Below, piece after piece: positions 17,361 through 26,538 of a DNA stretch of 46,423 nucleotides (position 1 is the first letter of the stretch; each line of letters begins with the position of its first letter). Origin of the DNA: an uncultured Acidobacteriota bacterium (GTDB taxonomy: Bacteria > Acidobacteriota > Blastocatellia > RBC074); the NCBI GenBank assembly GCA_903862855.1, contig CAIOZW010000173.1:1-46423 (forward strand), written 5' to 3'. A program made the position numbers and the translations under genes. Under the pieces are notes generated by a model. The model had not been told where the DNA came from, made no database searches, and was given only the letters and a program-made list of their open reading frames with translations.

Positions 17361-19109
17361 ATGCCACGTTTAATAGTCAGGGCGACTCCACAACATGGAG
17401 ACTCGGTGGTTGAACTGTCGAGATTGCGAACGACGATCGGGAGATCGGCGCGCAACGATCTCTGTGTGGAGGATCCATTTGCCTCACGGCTTCACGCCGA
17501 CGTGCGTCGCCGTGGTGACGGATTCTGGATCTCCGATCTTGGAAGCGCCAATGGCACCTTGATCAATGGAACTCGGATGGCTGCGCCGGTCATGCTCCAC
17601 GACCGTGATCTGATCCGGATTGGTGAGACCGAGATCGAGTATACGGAGCAGCTCGATACGGCACCGGCACGACGCAAGACCAATCTGCTCTTCACCGATG
17701 AGCCGTACCAGGGGCGACATAGCTGGGCAGAGATGACGATCGGACCAGCGGCGAAGAGTTCGGCGGCCGAGATCATCTCGACGCTCGAGCGCGAGTCTGG
17801 GAGCCTTGGTGGAGTCAGTCCGCCTCCGGCCGAAGGAGCACGCCGGGCTGATGATACCCTCTCGATGATCACGCGTGTCAGCCTGACGCTCCTCTCGCCC
17901 CTCTCACTCGAGGAGACGCTGCGGCAGGTACTCGACTGTGTCTTCGAGGTGGTGCGGGCAGATCGCGGGTACGTCATGCTCTTCGAGTCACCAGCCGATA
18001 AGAGCGTGAAGGAGCCGGAACTGGTCTGCAAGGCCTTCAAGCATCGACAACTGATGTCGAATGAGCTGATTGAAGAGATCGAGATCAGCCACACGATCAG
18101 CGAGCAGGTGCTGCGAAATGGCGTCTCCGTCCTCACCAGCGATGCCCAGCAGGATCCACGCTTCCAGGAAAAACAGTCGATCGTCTTTGGTGGTTCACGC
18201 TCGATCATGGCGGTGCCCCTCGCGGTCGAAAAGCGGGTGAGCGGCATGATCTACGTCGATACCCAGCTTCCTGACCACCGGTTCACCGAGCGCGAGATTC
18301 AACTTCTGACTCTCATCGCCGGGGTGGCGGCAATCCGGATCGAGAACATGTCACTGCTTGAACTGCGGGAAGAGCAGCGAAGGCTGGCCAATGAACTGCA
18401 GGTGGCAAGTGAGATCCAGCTCACCCTCCATCCGGATCGTCCACCGACCATCGATGGCTATGATCTTGATGGTTACAGTTTCCCCTGTTACGAAGTGGGT
18501 GGCGACTACTATGACTTCATCGCCCGGAGTGACGATCGCTGGGTGATCGCCCTCGGCGACGTCTCCGGCAAGGGAACCGGAGCGGCGCTGTTGATGTCAT
18601 CGCTCCACGCGGCTGTCCGTGCTCATACCAGGACTCGACTTTCGGCCAGCGAGGTGGTTACGGAGATCAACCAGTATATCTGTGACAACAGCCCGGCCAA
18701 CCGCTATGTGACACTCTTTTACAGTGAGCTTGACCTGCGCACCAATCAGCTCACCTATATCAATGCCGGCCATAATGCACCAATTCTCGTCCGTTCTTCG
18801 GGTGAGGTGATGCGGCTCGATCTGGGAGGTTTTCCTGTTGGAATCACCCCGGCTGCCAAGTATGGCGAGGGCTGGGTCGATTTGATGCCCGGTGACGTTC
18901 TGGTCGTCTTCTCGGATGGGGCGACAGAGAGTCAGAACGAGGAGGGTGAGGAGTTTGCCGAATCACGGATGATTGAGGTTGTCCACGCCAATCGGCACCG
19001 TTCGGCGGCTGGCATTCGTGACCGGATCGACGAGGCACTGGCCAAATTTGTCGGAAAGGCCAAGTCGGTCGATGACCTGACCATGGTCATTGTCAAAAGG
19101 CAGGAGTAA
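17361..19109 (+). CDS. FHA - GAF - SpoIIE/PP2C protein phosphatase
   Basis: FHA TIGRS..ASRLHA..DLGSANGT; GAF DAQQDPRF..RSIMAVPL..GMIYVD; PP2C VGGDYYD, GDVSGKG, NAGH, FSDG and DDLT. Confidence 0.95.
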   Translation: MPRLIVRATPQHGDSVVELSRLRTTIGRSARNDLCVEDPFASRLHADVRRRGDGFWISDLGSANGTLINGTRMAAPVMLHDRDLIRIGETEIEYTEQLDTAPARRKTNLLFTDEPYQGRHSWAEMTIGPAAKSSAAEIISTLERESGSLGGVSPPPAEGARRADDTLSMITRVSLTLLSPLSLEETLRQVLDCVFEVVRADRGYVMLFESPADKSVKEPELVCKAFKHRQLMSNELIEEIEISHTISEQVLRNGVSVLTSDAQQDPRFQEKQSIVFGGSRSIMAVPLAVEKRVSGMIYVDTQLPDHRFTEREIQLLTLIAGVAAIRIENMSLLELREEQRRLANELQVASEIQLTLHPDRPPTIDGYDLDGYSFPCYEVGGDYYDFIARSDDRWVIALGDVSGKGTGAALLMSSLHAAVRAHTRTRLSASEVVTEINQYICDNSPANRYVTLFYSELDLRTNQLTYINAGHNAPILVRSSGEVMRLDLGGFPVGITPAAKYGEGWVDLMPGDVLVVFSDGATESQNEEGEEFAESRMIEVVHANRHRSAAGIRDRIDEALAKFVGKAKSVDDLTMVIVKRQE

Positions 19110-19136
19110 AAAGAGAAGGGTGAGACGAGATAACGC

Positions 19137-20342
19137 ATGAATTTCATACTGATTCCGCTGATCTCGGTACTGCCCTGCCTGCTCTGGTTCGCCTACTTTG
19201 CGAGTCGGAGCAAGTACAAGAGCCACTCACGAACTCTTCTTGGCCTGACCTTTCTGCTGGGTGCCTTGGCAACCGGACCAGCTCTTGGACTAAATCTGAT
19301 CGGGCAGTCGGTAGTCGGAGCCCTCTTTGGACAGGGAGAACTGGCCCACATCCTGGTGCTGCTGCTGGTGGTCGGGCCGGTCGAGGAGACCGTCAAATTC
19401 CTGGTCGTCTTTGGCTATGCGTGGCGAAAGCAGGAATTTGACGAACCGCTCGATGGGGTAATCTACAGTGCAACGGCCGCCCTCGGTTTTGCTGCAGCCG
19501 AGAATGTGATCTATCTCTGGCAGAATGACCCAACGCTGATCCTCATGCGGGGCCCGCTCTCCAATCCAGGTCACGCCCTCTTCTCTGCGCTCTGGGGACT
19601 GAGCCTGAGCAATGCCAAGGCGACCCCAAATATGGTCCGGGCCCGTCTGCCGATACTGGCCCGCGGACTACTGGCCGCTTCGGTAGTCCACTCGCTCTTC
19701 GATATTCTGCTGGTTGCCGCGTCGCGTCTGAGTGTCGCCTTCTTTATCATCCTCCTTGTCGCCATGGTCGTGCTCTTCATCCGGGTTCGATCACGGATCA
19801 ACCTGTACCAGGAGACATCACCACACCGTGAAGGGACAATAATCATCCCGACAAGCCGTTTCTGCCAGATGTGTGGCACACGTGGCAGCACAGGCCATCC
19901 CTGTCCGTCGTGCGGATCATTCATTCCGAAACGCGATGAAGAGCAGATCTGCCCGATCTGCTCGACCTGGCAGCGTCCAGGCGCGAAGTTCTGTGCCCGT
20001 TGTGGGGCAAACATGAAGATTCCGGCGCGGGTGACGCTCGATACGCGCCCCCATCTCTCCTCGGTCTCGGCAGATGGCAAGGAGAAGATCGCCTACATTC
20101 TCGACCAGAATGAGATAGGTGTCGGTCGAATGCTCAACAACGAGTTTGTCATCGACAACCCCTCCGTCTCCAAACACCATGCCAGAATTGTCAATGAAGG
20201 TAATGAGTATCTTCTCGCCGATCTGGAGAGCAGCAACGGCACGTTTGTCGAGGGGAAACGGGTCACAACGGCCCGCCTGGTCGATGGCTGTGAGGTCCGG
20301 TTCGGTCTGGTCAACTATATCTACCGTGCGCCGCAGAAGTAA
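19137..20342 (+). CDS. PrsW-family intramembrane glutamic protease fused to a double zinc ribbon and an FHA domain
   Basis: PrsW motifs GPVEETVK, EFDEPLDGVIY, GFAAAEN, GHALFS and HSLFD; then FCQMCG..CPSCG, CPIC..FCARCG, and FHA VGR..VSKHHA..DLESSNGTFV. Confidence 0.9.
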   Translation: MNFILIPLISVLPCLLWFAYFASRSKYKSHSRTLLGLTFLLGALATGPALGLNLIGQSVVGALFGQGELAHILVLLLVVGPVEETVKFLVVFGYAWRKQEFDEPLDGVIYSATAALGFAAAENVIYLWQNDPTLILMRGPLSNPGHALFSALWGLSLSNAKATPNMVRARLPILARGLLAASVVHSLFDILLVAASRLSVAFFIILLVAMVVLFIRVRSRINLYQETSPHREGTIIIPTSRFCQMCGTRGSTGHPCPSCGSFIPKRDEEQICPICSTWQRPGAKFCARCGANMKIPARVTLDTRPHLSSVSADGKEKIAYILDQNEIGVGRMLNNEFVIDNPSVSKHHARIVNEGNEYLLADLESSNGTFVEGKRVTTARLVDGCEVRFGLVNYIYRAPQK

Positions 20343-20507
20343 CCTCCCGGAAGTTCAACCAAACTTCTTCAGTTGAAGAGAGCCCTCACCCTGTTTTGCT
20401 AAGAGATCGATTCTTTTGTCAGTCGCCCCCCCTTTCGCCTGATCTGTTTTATCGCTATATTCGAGTCATGGGGGGATAACCCCCGATGGAAAGTAAGACG
20501 ACCGGAA

Positions 20508-21281
20508 ATGGAGGTATGCATGATCAGGAGAATCTTCACACTTACCCTGCTTCTTCTCACCACCAGTGGGTTCGCACTCGCCCAGGGAATCACCAGCGAG
20601 ATCAGGTCGGGCTGCCGGCAGGCGCTCAACCAGCGACTCTCGCGCGACAACCGGGGAGCGGCGATTCAGTCTAACCTGCGCAGCGCCCGTGAGCGCTTTG
20701 GCGGCGGGAATCAGCTCCGGATCATTGGCGAGGCCGAGGTCTCGATCGACAGCAGCCCCTGGCGCACCGTCAGCTTCGAGTGCATCTACAACACGCGCGG
20801 CGATTACGCGGAGTCTGCCACCTACAATTACACCGATGGCGGTGGCTGGGGTGGCGGGAATGGTGGCAATGGAGGTAACGGATCGGGTGGCGGGCGTCCC
20901 GGAGATGGATGGGGACGACCGCGTCCGGGTGGCCGTGGTGCCAACTTCGAGTCGCTACCCAGTGTAACGATGCGGCGGGGCGGACGTGGCGGAAACATCA
21001 TTGAAGTGAAGGCCCAGGTCGACGGAATGATCGACATCTTCATTCGTGGAGACCAGGTCCGTTATGATGTGATCAACGGCCAGACGCCAAGCTATATGGA
21101 TGTTGTGGCCAGTGTCGTTCTGCCGCGCCGTGAGCTTGAATGCCAGATCGACAAGCGGGATGGACGGAGCGAGATTATGATCATCGATCAGCCCTCCCGC
21201 TTCAATAATTTCACGCTGCACCTGCAGATCAATGATCGGGCAGGCGGAGCGGATCGTTACGAGGCGCGAATCACCTGGTAG
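20508..21281 (+). CDS. Secreted hypothetical protein with two domains joined by a Gly-rich linker
   Basis: Signal peptide RRIFTLTLLLLTTSGFALA; linker GGGWGGGNGGNGGNG. The start may be ATG 20520 (GGAGGT SD upstream). Confidence 0.75.
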   Translation: MEVCMIRRIFTLTLLLLTTSGFALAQGITSEIRSGCRQALNQRLSRDNRGAAIQSNLRSARERFGGGNQLRIIGEAEVSIDSSPWRTVSFECIYNTRGDYAESATYNYTDGGGWGGGNGGNGGNGSGGGRPGDGWGRPRPGGRGANFESLPSVTMRRGGRGGNIIEVKAQVDGMIDIFIRGDQVRYDVINGQTPSYMDVVASVVLPRRELECQIDKRDGRSEIMIIDQPSRFNNFTLHLQINDRAGGADRYEARITW

Positions 21282-21309
21282 CGTAATGGATTGTCGGCAA
21301 CGGTCAGCT

Positions 21310-22395
21310 TCAGATGTTGAAGGTGCGGGTAATGAACCAGAAGGCACCGGCAATGATGAGGAGGATCGAACCGGCGATGAGAATCGGGCGTTGAAGACCT
21401 GGACGGTGCCGACAGATCGCTCTGATGATCAGGGTGGTAATGATGACAATCACGGCCTGTCCGATCTCAACGCCCAGATTGAATGAGAGAAGCGACCAGC
21501 CAAGAGCCTGCGAAGGAAGCCCAAACTCGCGTAAAACTCCGGCAAAACCAAACCCGTGGATGAAGCCAAAGAAGAAGGCGATCCAGGCCCGCAGATCCCG
21601 TCCATCCCTGCTGACAAGCAGGTTGTCGACCCCGACATAGACGATACTGAGCGCGATGGCCGGTTCAACGATGGCTGCCGGTATATTGAGCAGATCGAGA
21701 GCCGCCAGAGTCAGGGTAACACTGTGGGCGAGCGTAAAGGCACTGACGATCAGCAGCAGGCGGCGAAGGCTTCCGCCGAGGAGGAGCAGGCCGATCACGA
21801 AGAGGATGTGGTCAGGCCCGATGAAGATATGGTGAATGCCGGCAGGAATGAACTTCCGGAGCACCTCACGAACTCCCTGACGGGTGCTGGTAAAGTACGC
21901 GAATCCAGGCTGTGAATTGGTAAGCACCTCCTGCCTCAACAGAGTCTCGCCGAGAAAGAGATTGACAAAGGTCTGATGCTGCGGATCGGCGGAGAAGAAC
22001 GGTCCGCCCACCTCGACCAGTCCCACAGGCCCACCGACATCATATTCGAAATAGAGAACGACCTCCTGTCGGTCAGCCAACGGTTCCAGGCGCAGCCGCT
22101 GCGGTAGACAGGGTCTCCGATCGAAGCGGATGGTGAGGCGTGACTCGACCAATCGAGTGATCGACCGACGCTGGACTTCGAGACGCGTCGCCTCGAGCAG
22201 CTCCGCTTCGGCAAGACCGAGGCTTCCGGCAAGATCGACCGAATGGACGACGAGCCTCGCCTCGACTCTTCCCTCACCGTTGCGCTGGCCGATCTGCAGA
22301 TCGAGAAAACTGTAGGGGACGGAGTGGCCGGTGACCCGGCCACTCAGGAAGAGGGCGAGAAGAAACGAAAGAGTAATGAGCCGTGCTCTGATCAC
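21310..22395 (-). CDS. HupE/UreJ family membrane protein with an N-terminal exported domain
   Basis: Signal peptide followed by His; HHIFIGPDHILFV, FTLAHSVTL, FGFIHGFGFA and FNLGVEIGQ. Confidence 0.88.
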   Translation of the reverse strand: MIRARLITLSFLLALFLSGRVTGHSVPYSFLDLQIGQRNGEGRVEARLVVHSVDLAGSLGLAEAELLEATRLEVQRRSITRLVESRLTIRFDRRPCLPQRLRLEPLADRQEVVLYFEYDVGGPVGLVEVGGPFFSADPQHQTFVNLFLGETLLRQEVLTNSQPGFAYFTSTRQGVREVLRKFIPAGIHHIFIGPDHILFVIGLLLLGGSLRRLLLIVSAFTLAHSVTLTLAALDLLNIPAAIVEPAIALSIVYVGVDNLLVSRDGRDLRAWIAFFFGFIHGFGFAGVLREFGLPSQALGWSLLSFNLGVEIGQAVIVIITTLIIRAICRHRPGLQRPILIAGSILLIIAGAFWFITRTFNI

Positions 22396-22409
22396 GAAGG
22401 AGACCGTAC

Positions 22410-23276
22410 CTACTCGGTTTCAGTATAGACCATGTTCAGGTCGGCCTTGAGACGCCCCAGCCCATAGCCCGCATATCTCTCCGGCAGCTTGAAATCGGCC
22501 ACCGCCTGGTCGACCGTCTTGCCAGCCTTCTTCGCCTGGCGTCCATAATCGACCAGCTCGCGGATAAAGCCGCTGAATTCGACGAGGGCTCTCCAATCGG
22601 TGACGGGACTGTGACCGGGAATGATCGTCTCGACACCCTTGATACCGGCAATCACCTTCTCCAAGGTCAATGGATACTCAACCCCGCTGCCGCCATTATT
22701 GCCATCCATGATCGGCGTCTGCCTGGCCGGAAAGAGGTCGCCCGTATGCATCGTCCTGAGGGCCGGGAAGACGACCAGCGTATCGCCATTGGTGTGACCT
22801 CTTCCGAAATAGTAGAGATCGATTCGTTCCGCCCCGCTGAGAAGCGAGAGTTTGTCATCAAAAGTCCGCACTGGAAGGAACTGGCGTCCCTGTTCACTCT
22901 GGAAGGCTGGCATCCTCTCCATATTGGACTTTGTCAGCCGATGTGAGACAAATTCGACCTTGCCGGTGAAGGCCTCGTTGCTGCCGACGTGATCGAAATG
23001 GGTATGTGTGTTGATGACCATGGTCACTGGCTGACTGGTCACCGAACGGATCTTCTCAAGGATGGCCAGGCCGTTGTTGGGTACTTTGGTATCGACAACC
23101 ACGACACCACGGCTGGTCAGGAAGACGGCCGTATTGCCACCGGCTCCGGTGATCATATAGAGGTTCTCCTTCACCTTCTCGATCCCCAGGGGTGGCGGCC
23201 CAGCGGTTGGTGACTGCAGGGCGTACGATACTCCACCGAGAAGGACGAAGGCGACCAGGACACAGAATCTTTTCAT
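22410..23276 (-). CDS. Secreted MBL-fold metallo-hydrolase (cyclase-like)
   Basis: Start ATG 23276 (MKRFCVLVAFVLL, GGAG SD); NTHTHFDHVGSN, GHTNGD, HTGD and IPGH. The track's N-terminal extension overlaps the divergent gene and is discarded. Confidence 0.88.
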   Translation of the reverse strand: MKRFCVLVAFVLLGGVSYALQSPTAGPPPLGIEKVKENLYMITGAGGNTAVFLTSRGVVVVDTKVPNNGLAILEKIRSVTSQPVTMVINTHTHFDHVGSNEAFTGKVEFVSHRLTKSNMERMPAFQSEQGRQFLPVRTFDDKLSLLSGAERIDLYYFGRGHTNGDTLVVFPALRTMHTGDLFPARQTPIMDGNNGGSGVEYPLTLEKVIAGIKGVETIIPGHSPVTDWRALVEFSGFIRELVDYGRQAKKAGKTVDQAVADFKLPERYAGYGLGRLKADLNMVYTETE

Positions 23277-23517
23277 ATGCTCCCCTTTCAGAACTCGATA
23301 TCTGCTGGCCATAATGCCGCAAAAGAAGGACGGCAACAAGAAGAACGGAGATAACGACCTGATCGAATCGGCCATAAGTGGAGAGGACAAGGCCCCGGAG
23401 CCTGATCTGGCTACAGCCGGATTCTTGACGATCAGGGGAGCCTCTGCGATGATGTGAGCCGATGAAGAGAAGAGACGATCTTCCCCCTTATAAAATAGAG
23501 AATCAAGGAACAATGAC

Positions 23518-24177
23518 ATGAACAAGACGCTTCTGGGAACAGTACTCGCAATCTGCCTCTCGCCGCTCGCAGCCTTTGGGCAGAGCAGCGGCTCTGAGAC
23601 TGGCTTTGTCCAGCTCTTCGATGGCCAGACCCTCAACGGTTGGCAGCTCGTCCGCGGGCGTGGCCCGGGCTATGTGGTCAAGGACGGAGTTCTCGTCTGC
23701 CCGCTCGAGGGTGGTGGCAACCTGCTCACCGCGAAAGAGTATTCAAACTTCGTCTTCCGCTTTGAGTTCAAGACGGAACCGGGTGGAAACAATGGCGTCG
23801 GGATCCGGACTCCGCTCAATGGTGATGCTGCCTATGTCGGAATGGAGGTACAGATCCTTGACGATGGCCACGAGAAGTACAAGGGCAAGATCAAGTCCGA
23901 GCAGCATCACGGATCGATCTATCTTGTCGCACCGGCGCGAACCGGGTTCCTGAAACCGGCCGGGGAATGGAATTCGGAAGAGATCATGGCGGATGGAAAC
24001 CATATCCGGGTGACGCTGAATGGGGTCGTCATTCTCGATTTTGATCTCGGGCTGGTCAAGGAGAAAGAGGTGATCGAGAAGCATCCGGGAATCAGGAACA
24101 AGTCGGGCTATGTCGGCTTTCTGGGACATGGCTCGCTGGTCGAATTCCGTAACATCAGGATCAAGACGCTGCCATAA
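23518..24177 (+). CDS. DUF1080 (3-keto-disaccharide hydrolase-like) secreted protein
   Basis: Signal peptide; [28 protein letters not shown] and [14 protein letters not shown]. Confidence 0.92.
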   Translation: MNKTLLGTVLAICLSPLAAFGQSSGSETGFVQLFDGQTLNGWQLVRGRGPGYVVKDGVLVCPLEGGGNLLTAKEYSNFVFRFEFKTEPGGNNGVGIRTPLNGDAAYVGMEVQILDDGHEKYKGKIKSEQHHGSIYLVAPARTGFLKPAGEWNSEEIMADGNHIRVTLNGVVILDFDLGLVKEKEVIEKHPGIRNKSGYVGFLGHGSLVEFRNIRIKTLP

Positions 24178-24612
24178 ATGACCATCAATATGCAGATCAA
24201 GGTTATGGCAGTTCGTGAAGGGGCGATGCTGCCGCGGCGTGGTTCAATGGCTGCGGCAGGCGCCGACCTTCACAGTGTCGAGGGGGTCGTGCTGGCCCCG
24301 GGGGAGCGGCGACTCGTCCCGACGGGCATCTCGGTGGAGATCCCGCCCGGCTGGTATGGGCGGATTGCTCCACGCTCGGGTCTTGCCGTCAGGCACGGCA
24401 TCGACACTCTGGCCGGGGTGATCGATTCCGACTACCGTGGCGAGATCAACGTGCTGTTGATCAATCTAGGTGAGCAGTCCGTCGAACTGAAGGCCGGGGA
24501 GCGGATCGCCCAGTTGATCATCGAGCAGGCTGGCTCGTGTGAGTACCTGTGGGCCGAAGAGCTTGCAGAGACGGAACGTGGCGCGGGAGGTTTTGGCTCG
24601 ACCGGCAGGTAA
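24178..24612 (+). CDS. dut: dUTP diphosphatase
   Basis: AGADL, IAPRSGLA, GVIDSDYRGE, ERIAQL and RGAGGFGSTG. The start may be ATG 24190. Confidence 0.97.
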   Translation: MTINMQIKVMAVREGAMLPRRGSMAAAGADLHSVEGVVLAPGERRLVPTGISVEIPPGWYGRIAPRSGLAVRHGIDTLAGVIDSDYRGEINVLLINLGEQSVELKAGERIAQLIIEQAGSCEYLWAEELAETERGAGGFGSTGR

Positions 24613-24710
24613 ATCCGGAAGAGGCTCGACCTGGAAAGACGACCAGCGGCCACGGTTTTGTCACGGTTCGAATGCTCGAGTGCCAACTTCACGGTTCCCT
24701 GAATAGCAAG

Positions 24711-26237
24711 ATGATGCCACACCGGTGCCTCAGGCTTCTGCTGCTCAATCTCCTTATCATTCTGGTACCCTGGGCGGGGCCATTCGCCCAGGATGCCTCT
24801 TCGGTTCTCCAGCTCAACATTGAATATCGAACGGTGCGCAATGGTGCCAGCCCGACGGTGGAGCTTGCCCGCCAGTTGGATGCGCTCGAAGTGGAAGCGC
24901 GTAATGCAACCAGTGAGGGGCAATACGGGGAGGCCCACCGCCATCTCGCCCATGCCCTGACTCTGCTCAAGGGGGAGGAGTGGACGCCACTTCGTGAACT
25001 CGGGGCATCTCTGAAATTGACAGCCGACCGGGTCGTCCTCGAACCGGGGCAGGCGGCAGAATTGACCTTGAGTCTGATGTTCGTCCCGACCTCGACGATC
25101 GATCGCCGGTTGAAAGGGGCGATCGCGATCGGCGTGAGGGTCAATGGACGATACCGGAATATCCGTGAACTGGCGAGGCTCGATGACGATCCGGCCTGGC
25201 TGACCAATGGACGGCGAGTCACGATCACTCTCCCCGAGCTGCGAGATGGAGAGTATGTGCTGGCTCTCTCATACCGTGCCGCGCGGCGCGAGGAGGAATC
25301 GATCTTCAAGCCAATGACGATTGAGCTATCGCGCGGGATCTACCGTCAAAAGGAGCGGCTTGCCGGCCGCCTCGCCGAGATGCGACGCAAGCAGCTCCTC
25401 ACTGAAAGACCGGAATTGGAGAGCAGCCTCGCCGCGATCGAATACTCGATCGAACAGTTGGCGCTCCTCAACAGTGGATCAATTCCCGTCGAACGAAACA
25501 GTCCCGCCGCAGCCCTCGATCGGGCATCCCGGATGCTCGATCTGGTGGCGGCCGGGCAGACTCCTCTCTCCACTCTTCGCGGGGACCTCCACCTTGCCTA
25601 CCGCTCGGCAGTCGATGGATTGTTGCAGCCCTACCGCGTCTATGTGCCCACCTCATACCGCCCTGACAGAAGATGGCCGCTGGCGATCGCCCTCCACGGC
25701 TGGGGAGGTGATGAGAACAGCCTCTTTGATGGCAGGCAGAACGGTGAACTGAAGCGGGTCGCCGAGGCCGCCGGCTATCTGATTGCCTGTCCAAAAGGGC
25801 GCGGGCCAACGAGCCTCTATCTGGGAAATGCCGGAAAGGATGTGCTCGATGTAGTCCGCCAGATGGAGCGGGATTTCAACATCGATCCAGATCGTATCTA
25901 CCTGCTCGGCCACTCCATGGGCGGTTATGGTGCCTGGTCGGTAGCGGCGAACAATCCCGGCCTCTTCGCGGCCATTGCACCGGTCTCCGGTCTGGGCAGC
26001 ATTCTCATCACGGCCAGGCTGAAGAATCTGCTCCTCACCCCCTGGCTGGTCACCCACGGAGTGAAGGATCGGACCATTTCGATCGAGGAGTCGAGGCGAA
26101 TGGTCTCGGCCGGCCGGAAGCTCGGGATCGAGATTCGTTTCGACGAGATCCCTCAGGGTGACCATTTCAACGTCTTCGGCCCCGCGCTCAAGGGAATCTT
26201 TGCGTGGTTCGATACTCACCCGCGTCAAGGAGATTGA
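24711..26237 (+). CDS. Secreted alpha/beta hydrolase (esterase/PHB-depolymerase-like C-terminal domain)
   Basis: Signal peptide after ATG 24711; QPYRVYVP, LHGWGG, DPDRIYLLGHSMGG, HGVKD and GDH. Confidence 0.85.
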   Translation: MMPHRCLRLLLLNLLIILVPWAGPFAQDASSVLQLNIEYRTVRNGASPTVELARQLDALEVEARNATSEGQYGEAHRHLAHALTLLKGEEWTPLRELGASLKLTADRVVLEPGQAAELTLSLMFVPTSTIDRRLKGAIAIGVRVNGRYRNIRELARLDDDPAWLTNGRRVTITLPELRDGEYVLALSYRAARREEESIFKPMTIELSRGIYRQKERLAGRLAEMRRKQLLTERPELESSLAAIEYSIEQLALLNSGSIPVERNSPAAALDRASRMLDLVAAGQTPLSTLRGDLHLAYRSAVDGLLQPYRVYVPTSYRPDRRWPLAIALHGWGGDENSLFDGRQNGELKRVAEAAGYLIACPKGRGPTSLYLGNAGKDVLDVVRQMERDFNIDPDRIYLLGHSMGGYGAWSVAANNPGLFAAIAPVSGLGSILITARLKNLLLTPWLVTHGVKDRTISIEESRRMVSAGRKLGIEIRFDEIPQGDHFNVFGPALKGIFAWFDTHPRQGD

Positions 26238-26269
26238 ATGGGCCTAGAAACAATCCAGAAACTCCGGAT

Positions 26270-26435
26270 GGCAGGGCATTCGCATTATGAAGAGACAGAA
26301 CCCAAGGGCAGGCACAAGGCCTGCCCCTACGGTGAATGTGGCCGGGTGGTCGATTCGTTGCGTAGATGTGGGCGCACCCGCACAAAACCCGGAAGCCCCC
26401 AGATCATAAGGGATAATGCATTGCCCTGCCCCTGC
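26270..26435. repeat. Cluster of REP-like (GTAG-family) palindromes
   Basis: GGGCAGGC-ACAAG-GCCTGCCC-CTAC at 26306-26330. The flanking segments GGCAGGGCATTCGCATTAT (26270) and ATAATGCATTGCCCTGCC (26413) form an imperfect inverted pair. Confidence 0.65.
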
Positions 26436-26538
26436 GGCGATTGACCTGATTGGCCGATGACAAATTTAGAGTGAATGGATGAGACCGGTGTTACAATCTC
26501 TCTTCCTGATGACTTGTGCCAATGAATGCGAGGTAAAG

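Noticed and set aside
23277-23636. N-terminal extension of the MBL hydrolase in the ORF track
   Set aside because: It overlaps the divergent DUF1080 gene; an SD and signal peptide mark ATG 23276 as the start.
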